Shown: piece by piece, positions 25,873 to 41,500 of the stretch
Layout: each line of letters starts with the position of its first letter
Position numbering within the stretch: the stretch's first letter is position 1
Source: Gnetum montanum
Lineage: Eukaryota > Plantae > Gnetophyta
Direction: 5' to 3'
DNA length: 64,000 bases
Assembly: GCA_015680685.1 (NCBI GenBank)
Contig: MNCI01002997.1
Location: 1 to 64,000, forward strand
Position numbers and translations under genes: made by a program
The notes under the pieces: generated by a model
The model's database searches: none
What the model saw: the letters and a program-made list of their open reading frames with translations, nothing else
What the model was told of the DNA's origin: nothing

Positions 25873-27103
25873 GAGAGAATGTACATTGTAGATATATATC
25901 ATAAATACATAGCTAAACTAGTTTAACAATATTTACCCTTAAGACATATAATCCAATTAGAACTTTATAACTTAGTATTGTCTACTAGAATTGAACCCAT
26001 AACTTGGAGTTTCCAAATGAAGAGTCTTACCACTTAATGAGCAACAAGTAGTCCCTACACCCAACCATACGAATCACAAGTGTTGCACTATTGATCCAGT
26101 TGAATTCTGTGGACTTAGCTCCTAAATGCATTGATGGCCAAAGATAGTGACTTAGAGACATGATCGTTGTCTTCTTGGCTTTACCTGTGGAAGTTCACTT
26201 GTATGGTTAAGTATAAGCCAAAGCACGTGATTTTTATGTATATTATATATTTTATTTGATTTAGTCTAAGTGTGAAACAAAGGTAATTAATTGTGAATTA
26301 ACTAATTAACTGTCTAATGCCTTTATCTAACTACCCTAACATAAGCATCTGGGCCCACCTTTCGTGCACATCTTGAACACATTATAAATGCTATTGAGTT
26401 ACCAAGTGTTAGGCTACTAGGCAAACCAAGTGATAACATTGTTGGGATTACCAAGTGTTAATGGTATGTTCAAGGTGATCATACTTATGTGTGATTATTA
26501 AGTGAATTAATTAACTAAGAATGTGAAGGAAAAATGGAAAGTAATAAAGTGCATAAATGAAAACATTAAACTATTCTTAAGTGCTGCAAGGAAATCCAAG
26601 AATCTCATCTTTATTGCCAACATGTCAAAGTGTTTAGGTACATTGATGTTCACATAAGAATTCATACAATTCTTGAAGTCCTATTGTGAGCACTCAGAAA
26701 ATATTCTATTTTTGAAAAAATAAAATTGCAAGAACTTGGCTACTCTATTGACTTAATGTGCCATAAATGCAATGTGTGCACACATTTATATAGACAAGAC
26801 TAGACACTGCATCAACACATCTAACCATGCATCAATGGGGATGCATCGATGTAGCCATACATAAAAATTTTCACATGCAAAAACCAAGGATATAAAAAGA
26901 GTTTTCCAACAAAATTAGGATTCAAAGGAAGCTAGAAAAATGTAGATTAAGGACAAATCATTGAAGATGACATAGAATGTGTTGGGAAAGGGGATGTAGG
27001 TGGAGATTAAACATTAAGGATTGTAAAAATTGGATGTTTCGTGGTGGAAAACAATGGGTTTGAAAGCAAAACAGCTAAGGGATAGAAAATTTAACCATTG
27101 AAG

Positions 27104-27250
27104 CCAAGAAGTATGCAAGTGGATCATTTCCATAGCAGGCTCATGTCCTTAATGTCCTTGCATGCCCTCATACCAAGGAGTATGCAAGTGGGTCTTTCCC
27201 ATAGTAGGCTCATGTCCTTAATGTCCTTACATGCCCTCATACCAAGAAGG
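27104..27250. repeat. 69-bp tandem duplication in the 3' non-coding region of element A
   Basis: CCAAG(A/G)AGTATGCAAGTGG...GCCCTCATA repeated twice. Confidence 0.85.
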
Positions 27251-28369
27251 TTGTGGGCCCCAAGGATGATTAATGGCTATGGATTGTTAAAATCCAATCA
27301 CCCAAGATACCACCAAAGAATTGAAACACATCCAAATGAACACATTGATGAAGCATGACAATAGGCAGTGAGATGACAAATGGATTGTAGTGATGAGGAG
27401 AGAGAGGATGGAATGGTGTTTGTTATTCCGATCACATGAAGTCCTTGTGGAGTTTTTGATTAAGATGATCTTGGAAACATCACATCCTTAGTTGGAATCA
27501 ATACCATCCACTTTCAATGGCTTTGCATTGACACATTGAGACCATTCAATCCCCTAGAGCTCATGAACACCCGCAAAGATCACCCATCATTCCAAATAGA
27601 GAAGAAACAAGAAGTAGGAAGTGAAGAGAGCCTTAGTTAGAGGGATGCCTTCAAGAATGGGTAACATGTCTTTCTAGGCCCATAAGTAGTGCTTGTAGTA
27701 CATTATTTGTCTAAGGGATGTACTTTGAATTTCCATCTTTTTTTTCATGGAAACCACACCATGCAAAGACATTACTTCCTATTATTGGTCAAAAATAGGA
27801 ATGGTGAGGAATTGATGAGAATACCCACAGAACTCTAGATGGTAGGCAAGTACAAAAGGTGTCAAATTCCCTTGAAGCCATACCCTTGCCAATTCCACTT
27901 GATTCTTTCCAAGTCTTGGGAGCACCACAGTCATGAATTCATTCTAAGTTGTTATTTAGAAAGGACCCCATGCTTCCAAAACAAGAGAAACACAGTGAAG
28001 TTTTTAGTGGAATGGGTGAATGTTGTGGGCTCATTGCCTAGTACCATATGAAAACCAATGTGCCATTAGTCAATGCCAAAATTTAACGATGAAATCTAAT
28101 CATTAAGTAATCAATTTATTGATAGAATTTAATTAACCATCATTAATCAGTAGTGGTGTTTGACAACAAAGTTTTGATGGTAATAAACAAGAAAAAGACA
28201 TGTAAGAAAATTCAAATAAAGAAAAAATATAAAAAAAGGTAAAAAATATTCAAGAAAATAGAAATTATAAGAAAAATAATGTAAAACAAAAATTTTGAAA
28301 AACTAAGGAGCCACATGTAGCATGTTAGCCTCAATAGCTATCTCCCCTACAACTAAATTGCAAGGGAGA

Positions 28370-31300
28370 AATCTAAAAGATTAAGTGTGCTTGGCCATTA
28401 GTTGAGGCATTATTCCCACTATTTGTTCTTATCTCTAGGGAAGGTTTAAGTTGTTGGATGTTGATAAATATTCTCTTATTTGGGCTGTCAAGATGATATA
28501 TCATTAATGCCCCAAATGGAAAAGTTTCATATATGATGTAAGGATCCTCCCATAGCATTTGGAATTTAGTATGTTGAGGTACATGTATGGGGTTTTAGCA
28601 AAGCATCTTATCTCTAAGTTGAAACTATACTTTCTATATTCTAAGGTCATGACATTGTTTTTTATGTGCCTTGTGCACTTCATTCAATGAAAAGGCCACT
28701 AATCTATTCTTGTCTAGCATGTTGAGATTCATTAGTCTTCCTCTTTGGGCTAGACTTAGGTCCATGTCAAGGTCACAAGTCGTTGAAGGTGTCTGGAGCT
28801 CAGCTTGGATGGGAAGAGTTGAAAGTTTCTCATACACTAACTCATAGGAAGAATAACTAATAGGAAACTTCCACATTGAATGATAAGCCCAAAGAGCATC
28901 GTTGAGTTTATTGCTCCAATCCTTCCTATATTTACTAACTATACATGTTAGTATTTTGGTAATTTCCCTATTTGTGACCTTAGCTTGGTTATTGGCTTAG
29001 GGGTGGTATGGAGTTGTTAATTTATGTTCAAGTGTTGCATGAGCTTTCGAAAAGTGGCACTAGTAAAGTATGTTCCATTATTTGAAATCAGTGCCTGTTG
29101 CATACCAAACCTATTTACAATATTTTGTTGTACAAACCGTGTTGCCATAAAGGATGAATAGTCAGTGACAACAACAGATTCAACCCATTTTGTACAATAT
29201 TCAATAGCCACAATGATGTAGGCATTTCTATTTGACATAGGATTGATGGACCCCATGAAATCAATACCCCAAAGATCAAAAGGCTACAGTGGTTGGATCC
29301 ACTGTTAAGATCCTTTCATGCGTGTGGTCATCCCTCCATCACATTGACATCTATCATAGGAATGGAAGAAGTCATGTGCATCCTTGAAGATTTTTGGTCA
29401 ATAATAATTTCCATGAGAATCTTGATGGTTATCCTCCTCCCATCATAGTGGCCCTCACGAGGGCCTTTGTGTGTATCCTAGAGGACTCAAAGTTGATTGA
29501 CATCAGGGACACATCATCATACCAAGCTATTTGCATAACTCTTGTAGAGATTATCTTTGATTTTTTCATAAAGTGTTTGGCTTGATGAAGAAACTATTAT
29601 TACTTCTTATGGTCCCACACCTATGGCATCTCTTGTGTAAGTAGATAGAAGAGAATGTGCTCTTAGCAAGTTGTTTCTTTTGGATTTTGAGAATTAATAA
29701 CACCGTCAAAGAGGAGTTCATTAGGAAATTGATAAGATAGTAGGCTCTCTTCCTCTTTGTTGTCCCATCTCAACTGAGACAAGTGATCAACCGCCAAGAA
29801 CTAAGACAAGTGATCAGCCACCACATTCTTGGCCCATTTTCAATCAACCATTGTTAAGTCAAACTCTTGGAGGATCACCAGCCACTGTATGACACAGGGG
29901 CTCATCATTGACCTGTTCATTAGGAACCAAATGGAATTGTGGTCAATGTGCATAGAGACTTTGTACCCAAGCACATAGTGCCTAAATTTTTCTAATGTGT
30001 ACACCACCACCATAAGCTCCTTTTCAATGGTAGTGTAGTTGAGTTGTACATTCATAATGCTTTTGCTTACATAGTGGTTGCAATATGAATGTTTTTGATT
30101 ATCCATCTATGCTAGCATAACTCCCAAGGCATAATTCAATGCATCTATCATGATGTGAAATGCCTTGGACTAGTTTGGTACTCATAGAATTAGGGTTTCT
30201 ATGAGTTTCTACTTCAACTATTGGAATGCATTCTCACATTCCTTAGTCCAGATGAATGGTGCATCTTTCTTTGTGAGCTCCACCAATGGCTTGGAAATAT
30301 TTGATAAGTTTTCAATGAAGCACCTAGATTAACCAATGTGGTCAAGGAATGACCTCACATCTTTTATGATTTTGGTTGTTTGGTTATTCCTTGGATGACC
30401 CTTATTTTCTTTAGGTCTACCTCGATTCCTTTGTTTAAAATTTGATGCCCCAAGATAATGCCCTCTTAGACCATAAGCTGGCTCTTTTGCCAATTGAGCT
30501 GTAAGTTTATCTCCACACACCTTTGAAGCACTTACTTAAGGTAGTCTAAGGCTTTATTGAAGGTAGCCCCATAGGTAGAGAAGTCATCCATGAAGACTTC
30601 TACCCTGCTACCGATCTACTATTAGAAGATGCTTAGGATCAAATGTTGAAATGTGATGGGAGCATTACATATGCCAAAGGGCATCTTTCTGTATGTGAAA
30701 GTCCCCCAAGGACTTATGAACATTGTCTTGGCCTGGTCCTTTGGTGCAATATGGATTTGGTTATAGCCACTATAACCATCTAGAAAACTATAGTAACTAT
30801 GCCCCACAATGGTATCTAACACTTGGTCCATAAATGAAAATGGTAAATGATCTTTGTAAGTGGCCAAATTCTATAGCCAAAAGTCTATACAAACTCTCCA
30901 TTTTTTTCTTTCTTTGGTAGAATCATAAGTGGATGAACCCACTTACTATTTGTAATAGGGTAAATGAACCTAGCTTTAAGGAGTTGTTCAATCTCCTCCT
31001 TGTTGATTTCCTTAAGTTTTGGGTTCAAGTGTATTTGCAACCACCTCTTTGATTTGATGGAGGAGCCTATATAAATTCTATGCTTGCATATCCTATGATC
31101 GATTCCTGTTAAGTCATGATATGACCAAGTGAAGGCTGTTGGCCATTTGTTTACAACTTCTAGAAACTTCTTCTTCTATGCAGGAGCAAGTGTGGCATTC
31201 ATAATGACCAGCTTGCCATTATTTAAGAAGGCATATTTCATTCTTGTTGGTAGAGCTTTTAACTCAAGGGACTCTTTCTTAAAAGGTTTAGAGATCTCCA

Positions 31301-31960
31301 ACTCTCCCTAATCACTTGCACTTTGCACATTAGAGAGTTGGTGATAAAGCTACTCCAACTTATCCATGCTTTCAACCTATGAATTAGTCAGGCTCTTAGT
31401 TGGTTCCATGCATATTGTTGATCCAGCCTCATTATCTATTATCAACCACTAGGTACCCTCCTATTTAGTGGTTGTTGTGTATAGGCACCTTAAATTTCTA
31501 TTGTCTCAACACATTGATTGCATACTTAAAGTGATGTGCCTTTGATGGTCCATAGTCTTTACATGCAATGGCACCCTATGTTGCTATATGCAATGCATGA
31601 AACTCTTTATTCTTGATCTTTTCAAATTCATTTTCCTTGAAAATTTTCAAGGAAAGATTTTGAATGCCCAACTTGGTGTCAATAGTGCTCAACCATGCTG
31701 TACCCATGATGATAGGGAAGTTTCCTTTACAATTCTTTACATGGATCACTAGGAAATCGGTAGGATAGGACCATCCACAAATGATAGTCATAATGTCTTG
31801 CACCAATTCCAAAGAAACAATGATGGATTGGCTTTCTAGCTCTAATCTGATGTTACTCTTTTTTCAACGGAGGTAGGTTCTAGGGTTTGTACATTTCTTG
31901 TGAAATCAAGTTAACCCTAGAACCTGAATCCAAAAGAGCCTTACATGGTTCATTTCTAAT
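28370..31960 (-). pseudogene. Element A pol (PR-RT-RH-INT), many stops
   Basis: ORF pieces 31576-31812, 30622-30867 (RT), 29840-30106 (RH: NYTTIEKEL...KFRHYVLG), 29017-29256 (INT: CTKWVE...ISNNGTYF), 28634-28876. Confidence 0.9.
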
Positions 31961-34900
31961 GATTTGCAAGTAAATAAGAGGACTCTTAAGATCAGATCTC
32001 TTCTTGGGCAGATGATCAATCTTGATCTAATATGTGATCATGTGGGTCAACATGACAGTGTGCAATTGGGGAGTGCTTTGGTTTGAAGGCTTCTTAATAG
32101 GATTTTTAGAGGTTGATGTAGCAGGGTTAACAATCATAGGTGCCTATGAGGACTTTGTGGAGTTGTTGGTTTTGAAAAATGACCTCTTGCAAGGCTTGGA
32201 TTTAGGACCACTTAGCTGAGGAGTTAGTTGTAAGTTCACTGCCCTCATAGCATTTCTTTGCTATGGATGGGTAGGTATTTTACCTTGCATTGATGAAGTA
32301 GGCAGTAGAGGAATTGATGATGGTGGTGTAGGAGTGGACAAATGTTAAGGAGGATACAAAGGAAATGGAGACTCTCCTCTTGTAGAAAGTGCTTTCTAGT
32401 ACTCCAAAGGATAGTAGTAATGTGGGAAGTGTAACTAGAAGAGTCACATGGAGAGACTCACTACTAAATGTAGTATCCATAGGGATCAAATTGGTGAGAA
32501 GGGTATTATTGCCTTGGAGGTGGCATCCCCCATGACTTTGGGTGTTGCCACTACTAGTACTACTCTTGAGGTTGATGCAGTTCTCCACTTGAATAGTAAG
32601 CTTGTTGATGGAATTACTATTAATAATTGTATTGTGGATAAGGCAACCACTTGGGTGCTTGCCATTTTGCCAATCTAGGATTTAGAGTGTACACCCTAGA
32701 TTCTTGTAAGTATGACAATATAGGACAACATCCCTTGTGATGTTTGTATTGGCAGATGTCACATGCATAATCATCATTAGTTTTTGAATCTTCAACCTCC
32801 TCAACTACTACAACTTTTTCTTTATTTTTATGATATCCCTATTCATCATCATTCTTCTTCCTTCTTTCATGACCACTATCTTCTTAATCTCGATGTTCGT
32901 CTACAATCTTTAGAGTAGTTTGGAAGTTCTCATCCAAGGAGTCCAACATCTTATCAACCTTAGCTAATATTTCGGTAATAGATTTTTGGATCGGCAAGGT
33001 TTTCCTCTGCACCACTTCATCAAGTGGTGCATCTTCCTCATTCTCACAAAAATGGACCTCCCTTTTGTGGATGGAGGATTCTTTGTTTTATTCTTCTACA
33101 CTTTTGCATTTTTTCAGCTCTCCTTCCTCTTTGGCCACTTGCTCAATGAGTCTTTGAATCTAATGGATCCTTGGCTTAGAAATTCTTCCTTGGGAATAGA
33201 TCCCAAGGATTCTCCTTGTTTTAGTTTTGAGCCAATTTATGATATGGTGCAACTGATCTCGTTGAGAGTATCCATGGCCTAGACATCGGTGCAACAAAGA
33301 GAAGTACTTGCTCATGGCCATATCCAAGGACTTATGAGTGCCTTATATCCACCCTTGGATTTGCCTCCTTAGATTGGACACTCTAGAGTACATTTGGTAT
33401 TTGTCATTGAATAGCTTCAACATCATACTTTACCACCAAATAGATTTTAGTTCCAAGGACTGGTACTAACTTTCTACTTCCTTTATGAGTTTCATTGAAA
33501 ATAATTTCAACTTTTGTTGTTCAATCTCTACATTTTCCAATGTATATACATCATGAAGGCTTGCAAATAATTTTGTGGATATGAATTATATTCATCCTCA
33601 AACTTGGGGATATTGTTCATATCCAATCATTTAATGCAGCTATTCTTCAAGTGCCTTGTGGGAATTCTAACAACCTCTAAAATATTCAACATATTTCTTA
33701 TAGCTAGTAGAGGCTCATCATAGTCATAGTAGTTTCTACGGCCCTTATCATGGTCATGATGCCTATGATGAGTCCTACTGTGCCTTCATTCTCTATGATA
33801 GTTCATCCCCTTACTACTACTCATGCCCCTGATCCCATTGTCCTAGTGGGACCTATAATAATCTTGATCCCATCATTCATCTTCATCATGATTTCTGTTA
33901 TTCTTTCCATGGCCTTAGCCTCTACTTCTCTTATCAAAGTTGGAGGAGGAAGATAACGAGGATGATGATGAGGGAGAAAAGGAAGGAGAATCAACATCAG
34001 AACAATGCCTACTGCCTCCTCTTATTCGATACCTACCCTGGTCACCATGTCTATCTTTCTCTTAGTGCTTATCATTGTCATTGCCTCTAGATGAATAGCT
34101 ATGGTTATCATCATTTAAGGTCCCTTGATCTTGAGATCCATTCTCCCCATTACCAAGGTTGTACACTATTAACTATAATTGTTGGTTAAGGGTCTCCCCA
34201 TCAAAGAGAGGAGAAGAATTCGTATATTGGAAAGACAAGTCCTCTCTTCTTTATGTGTTTGTAGGAATAAGTATTTAGGAAACCTTTTACATTTTGAAGC
34301 CTCATATTGAGCTTCCATTTTCCAATCTTTCTTTCATTAAGCCTTTGATAAATCACCATTTGATGTTGGCCACGACGTTGGGGCCACGACGTCACGTACG
34401 CAACGTTGGGGACTAAATTTGACATTGAATGTTTGATGTTAGGGTATATAACCTAAGAGTATAAATACCATGCTTGGGCTCTAGTTTTGGAGGTTTTTCA
34501 TTAGTCACTTTTTAGTTTTCAAGTAAGGTAGTGAAGCTCTTGTTATTTCTTCTCCCTTGAGTTAGAATATTTTTTGAGTGCCTATAGAAGGAGTCTAAAG
34601 TGTGTACAGTTCTTTGTTCAAGCACTAATGCACTTGAGCATAGCAGTGTGATGAGAATAAAACAAACTCTTTTGAAAATTCTTGTAGCACTAAGAATAGC
34701 TAAATATTTTCCTTATTACATTTTACTTTCTTGTTCTTTAATGTATTTGATTAAGCAATTTATTTCCAGCAAGTAATAAACATGAGCATGATCACTTCGA
34801 GCATTCATATAGTACTTGGTAACCCAACAACACTTAATGTTTGGTAGTCCAACAATGCTATATTTGTTCAAGATGTGTTCAAGAAAGTGGGGTAGTTACT

Positions 34901-35339
34901 TTTATTAGGCTAGCTAGGCAATAGACACTAGGTTTTAATCTACTCTACCCTTATTCTTATTGTAGGCGATTACATCCATAAAATATACAATTACACTTAA
35001 ACCATAACCTTGAGCCTTAAAAGTGTAGCTGGAAAGACAACGAATGTTCTCAATGCCATTTTGCTTCATAAAGGAACTAGTGTACAAGATAACTATAGGT
35101 CCATGGAATTTGACTGGATCGTGTGTAACGCCTTAGTGATTCGTATGGTTGGGCGTAGGGCTACCTTGCTGCTCATCATTGGCACCATTGCTGGGGACCT
35201 TTTTGTTGTTTTATGCACTATCTAGAACCTAGTGAAATGTATTTAAATCATTGAAATGAACCTAAGATTCATATCTTATTTCACAATTACTACAACAAAT
35301 TCTTAGAGCACATTGTGACTTTTGTTTCACTAATCGACA

Positions 35340-38300
35340 ATGTCTTCTTCTCACAGGAGCGCTTCTCTACCCAAGCCTAATAACACTTGTCCATCAAAGC
35401 CTCAACAATATCAAATTACATATACTCATCCTAATGAGTATGTGCCAAACTTCACCTTCATCCTATACTAGGTTGAATAGCTGTGGTGGCATGACATGGA
35501 GGACAACATTGTGTTATCATTTGATCATGCTGCTCCTGCAATGCTTTATCAAATGCTTACACAATGTGGTCTTCAAGACCGCCATGGGGAATATATCGTG
35601 GAAGATGTCGATGCTAGGGATTATCATCCCACTGTAGCACAATGCCTATGAGATCAACAGCTAGAGTAGTGCTATGAACTTTCGAATGGAAAAGGACTTA
35701 ATGATTTTCCATTCCTATTGTACCAATAAGCTAGTGGAGATCTTCCACTTAATGATGCTCCTCTCTTTAACTTCAATGATGAAGGTCAAAACTAGAATCT
35801 ACACTCCACAGTTCACAATCCTGATTCTAGCAACAAGGGATCCAATGACAAAGTAGGATCTAGAGGGGCAAGTCAAGACAAGGATGTAGGTAAGAAGCAA
35901 GATCATGACAATGGTCGCGATCACCAAAGAGGTAGTAGTAGGCACTATGATGGTGCTGGTTCTTCTTCCTCTTCTTCTTCTTCATCATCTTCTTCTAGCT
36001 TTGACTGTGACTGTAGAAGGTGAGATCATGATGGAGGTGATCAAAATAAGCGCAATGATCGACAGGACCACAATAACCAAAGGGATCGTTGGGATAGGCA
36101 TGATTAAAGACGTAGACCTTCCAGAGAAGCACATCACCATGAACAAACAGGTAGTAGAGGGCATTGTAGGAACCATAATGAAGGCCTCGATGAGCCTCTA
36201 TTTTCTACAAAGTATGCTTAACATTGTAGAGGTAGTCAAAATCCCAACAAGGAATGTGAAAGATAGTTGGATCAAATGGTTAGACATGAACAATATTTCT
36301 TGATTTGAAGGAGGATATAACTTTGATTTGTAGAACCATCTTCAAGCTTTCCAAGATGCATGTGCCTTACAAAATATAGAGAATGAGTGGAAGAAACTAA
36401 AGCTATTTTCTAGGACACTCATCAAAGAAATAAAGAACTGGTGCTGGTCCTTAGAATTGGAATCTATTAGATGATGGAGTACCATGCTTGAAATGTTCAA
36501 TGATAAGTATCAAATGTACTCTCAGGTGTCCAACTTAAGGAAGAAAATTCAAGGGTGGAAACAAGGTGCACACAGACCTTTGGATGCTACCATTGGCCAA
36601 TACTACACCTTGATGCACAAATTCCTTGGCCATGATTATTCTCAATTGGCTCAACTCCACCACATTGTAGATGGGCTTCATAATGAAATAAGGAAAACCC
36701 ATAGTGTCTATGCCCAAGGATGATTGTTAGAACTAACTGCCTGTCAAGTACAAAGGTTAATAGAGCAAGTTGCTAAAGAGGAGGACGAACTCAGAAAAAG
36801 AGAAAGTGCAGAGGAGTACAACCACGATCATTCCATTTGCAAGAGGGAGGTTCAATTCTGTGACAGTGAGGATGGACTCATATTTGATGAAGGAATGCAT
36901 AAGAAAGCCTTATCACTTGAAAAATTCCAATTTGAACTTATGGCCAAGGTTGATCAGTTAAGGGACTCCATGGATAGCTGATTTCAAGTTGTCCTCAAAA
37001 TTGCTAAAGAGTCCCGAGAACAAGGTAGTGATTGTAACTGCAAGAGGCGTAAAGAAGCTAAACATGCATATTACAAAGGTAAGGGCAAAATTGCTATAAT
37101 AGAAGAGGTTACAAATAGTGAATTAGATGATGATTGTGGATGTGATGTCTGCTAGTATGAACATCCTAAGGGATGTTGCCTCACTGTGTCACATCTTCAG
37201 GAGTTCGGGGTGTATGCCTTACATCCATGACTTACACAAAGGCAAACATCTAAAAGGTTGCCTTATCCTCAAGGTAATCTCTGGCAGTTCCACTAGCAGC
37301 AACCATATTATCCAAGCAAAGCTCCACCCCAACCATATGAATAGTACTAATAATCATAGCAACCACAATCATGGGTGCTTGCACCACCAAGGTAATAATA
37401 CCCTTACTGGTAGCCTGATCCATATGGTTACCATATTTAGCAACCCATGTTTCCACGTGACTCTCCTAGTCACATTTCTAATATTTAGCCTTACTACCAT
37501 CCTTTTGATTACTATTGAACTCCTCCACATGAAAGAAGGGATGCCATCTCCTATCCTTATCCTCCTCCCATTGTTGCACACACTCCTCCCCTAGTTGCAC
37601 AACTACCACTTTCTCCACCAATGGAGGGTGAACTGCCCACTCAACCACAACAATGCAATGCTATGAGGGTTGTTCATTTGCAATCCAATCATCAATTGGA
37701 GGGGTTGATTTCCCAATCAAAGAAAAGACCTTTCTTTTGACCCCGTAGTCCACCTAAGCCTTCACCCACACCCATGGTTGACAACCCTGCTCCTACCTCT
37801 TCCTCCATATCCAATTTCTTTAAGCCTCCTTCAAACCAAACTCTACCAAGGATCCACACTATAATGCTTACTCACACCATGTTTGATTGGATCTGTGCAA
37901 TAAACCTTCCTAGGAAATTAGTTGATCCTGGAAGTCCTCTAATTTATTTGCAGATTGATTGGAATGAACCATGCAAGGCTCTTCTTGATTTAGGTTCTAG
38001 TGTTAATTTGATTTCTCATGAGATGTACATTGCTTGGAACCTACCTCCTCTTAAAAAGAGCAACATTAGATTGGAATTGGCAAACTAGTCCATCACTGTT
38101 CCATTGGGACCGGTAGAAGACATTATGACCATTGTCCGTGGATGGTCTTATCCTATCAACTTTTTGATAATCAAAGTGGAGAACTGCAAAGGGGACTTCC
38201 GAATCATCATGGAAAGAGCATGGCTAAGCACTATAGATGCAAGAATGGACATCAGAGATCTTTTCCTTGAAATATCTAAAGAAAATGCAGTCAAAAAGAT

Positions 38301-41300
38301 TAAGAACAAGAGAGTTTCATGCATCACATATAGTGACAATAGGTGCAATTGTGTCCAAAAACTTTGGGCCATCAAGCAAGCATCCATATCTGCATGAAAC
38401 TAGTGTGCACCAAAAGTAAAAATTCAAAGGTGTTTGTATGTAGTAGCCACAAAATAGGAGGGCATCCAATTCCTAACTGCTAATTCAGAAAGTAGCACAC
38501 TTTGTATGGAACCAGCTAAGAGCCTAACATGTGAATATGTCACGAGCATGTATGAACTTGAGTAAGTTCATCATCAACTCTCTGATGATACAAATGATTA
38601 TACCTATTGGGGAGAGTTGGAAATTCCTGAGAACTTCAAGCAACAATCCCTTGAACTGAAAACATTATTGGCTAGAATGGAATATGTATTTTTGAAAAAT
38701 AAAAAGCTAATTATAATCAATGTAAGACTTGCTCTAGAATAGAAAAAGATGCTGTTGAAAGTAGTTGAAAGATGGTCAGCAACTTTTGCTTAGTCATATG
38801 TTAAACTCACAAGGATTGATCATAGGATATGCTAGCATCATAATTACACCAACTCAACCATGAAGCCAAAATGAGAGCCACAAAGGCAGTTGAACTCCAA
38901 ATTGAAGCAAATTGTCAAGGAGGAAATTGAGCAACTCCTTAAGGTGAGGTTCATCTATCCCATTGCGGATAGCGAGTGGGTTAGCCCACTTCTAATTATG
39001 CCAAAGAAAAGTGGCAAATGGCAGGTTTGCATTAATTTTAGGCTACTGAATATAGCAACATTCAAGAATCACTTTCCATTGCCATTTTTTGACCAGGTGC
39101 TCGACATAATATTAAGGCATTACTACTACAACTTCCTAGATGGTTATAGTGGTTATAATCAAATTCAAATTATACCAGAGGACCAAGCAAAGACAACATT
39201 CATGAGTCCTTGGGGGACTTTTGCATATCGTAAGATGCCATTTGGTCTATGTAATGTCCCTGCCACATTTCAACACCTGGTCTTGAGCATCTTTCAATAG
39301 CAGATCGGTAGTGGTGTAGAAGTCTTCATGGATGACTTCTCCACCTATGGAGCTACATTTGAGCAAGCCTTGACCCACCTTGAGCAAGTGATAAAATGAT
39401 GTGTCAAAACCAACTTGTAGCTCAATTGGTAGAAAAGTCACCTCATGGGCATTGTATAAGGGTATAAAATCTCGCAAGCAGGAATTGAGGTGGACCCTAA
39501 AAAAATAAGGGTTGTCTAAGGAATAACTCACCAACTAGAAATAGTTAAAGATATTTGATCATTCCTTGGATACATTGGCTACTACTGGCATTTCATAGAG
39601 AATTTCTCTAAAATCACAAAGATGTTGGTCAAACTGACAAAGAAAGATGCTCTTTTTGTCTAGATTCTGGAATGTGAAAAAGCGTTTTAGCAACTGAAAG
39701 AAAAGCTTGTGAAAAATCCAATTCTACAAGCACCTAACTAGTCCAAACTATTTCATATCATGACAGATGCATCGAATTATGCTTTGGGAGCTATGCTAAT
39801 GATTTAGATGACAAGAAATGTCCATACTACATCCACCATGCCAACTGAAGCATTGTCGTTGCACAATTGAACTACACCACTACATAAAAAGAATTGATGG
39901 TACTGGTATTTACTCTAGAGAAGTTTAGGCAATATCTACTTGGATAGAAGGTGTTCGTGCACATAGACCAAAGTGTCATCCGCTTCCTAATGAACAAGTC
40001 AACGATGAGCCCCTATGTCATATGGTGGCTGGTGATCTTGTAGAAATTCAATCTTACAATGGTAGATCAAAAGGGCACTAAGAATGTGGTCACTGATCAC
40101 TTGTCTCAGTTGCGATGCAATGACAAAGAGGACAAAAATCCATTATTTGATACGTTTCTTGATGAACTCCTCTTTGCTAGGGCAATAATTGAACAAATGT
40201 CCAATGATCCAAAATGGTATGATAACATTCTCACCAATCTTCTCACTCAGGAGATGCCACAAGGGTTGGACCACTGGAGGAAACAACAATTTCTTCACTA
40301 GGTAGAGTACTTCATGGAGATTAATGGACACCTCTACAAGATGTGCATCGATGGCCTGGTTCATTTGTGTGTCCTTGATGTTGATCAATTGTGCATGCTC
40401 CAAGACACTGATGAAGGTTCTTATGAAGGTCACTGTGTTAGGAGATGCACGATCATTAAAATCCTAATGGTAGGGTACCATTGACCAATACTGTTCAGGG
40501 ATGCTCACCATTTCATTCGCTATTGTGAGCGATGCCAACAGGGTGGTGGAATGACTACTTGAATGGAGGGACCTCAATAATGGATTCAATCATTAGAACC
40601 ATTTAACATTTGGGGTATTGATTTCATGGGTCCCATCATGCCCATGTCAAATGGAAAGGTGTACATCATAGTCACTGTTGACTATTGTACAAAATGGGTA
40701 GAAGTAGTAGCCATCATCGACTATACATCTTCATCAACATGCATTGATTTCTGATAATGAAACTTATTTTATAGGTACTACTTTTTGGAAGCTCATGCAA
40801 CACTTAGGTGTTGAACACAAACTCACAACACCTTACCATCCCCAAGCTAATGGTCAAGCTGAGGTTACCAATAGAAGAATTACAAGAATACTAACAAGAA
40901 CTATTAGCAAGTATAGGAAGGGCTAGAGCACAAAACTCAATGATGCCCTTTGGACCTACAACTCAACTTGGAAACTTCCTATAGGATACTCTCCCTATGA
41001 GCTTGTGTACGGCAAACTGCCAACACTTCTTATTCAATCTAAACTTCATACACTTTAAATGGCTTGTGACCTTGAACTTGACTTAAGTCTAGCCCAAAAA
41101 GAAAAATTAATGAATCTCAACCTACTAGACAAAAACTGATTAGTGGCCTTATCATCTAATGGGCTGCACAAGACCTATAACAAAAACCATCATGAGCTAA
41201 AAATTAGAAAATTTAAATTTCAACTAGGAGATAAGGTTCTCTACTAGAACCCCACACATGTACCTCGACAAACTAAGTTTTAGACATTGTGGGAAGGATC

Positions 41301-41500
41301 TTATATCATTTATGAAATGTTTCCTTCAAGGGCCCTAATGATCTATAAACCTGATAACCCAAGCAAGAAACAACTGTTCAACATCCAACAAATTAAGCCT
41401 TTGCATGAGCATACACCAGCTAACACAATAAGCACCTCATCCGATGGACAACCATGCTCGATATTTTGGATCTCCTCCTTTCAACTTAGTCATGGGAAAG
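35340..41500 (+). pseudogene. Element B gag-pol
   Basis: gag (HLQAFQDAC...KLKLF), PR (ALLDLGSSVNLI), RT (FLDGYSGYNQI, MPFGLCN, FMDDF), RH (TDASNYALG), INT ([20 protein letters not shown]). Many stops. Confidence 0.92.

Noticed and set aside
25975-26034. Possible tRNA gene
   Set aside because: A/B-box-like motifs only, with no convincing cloverleaf, and it is split by an LTR insertion; better explained as a SINE head.
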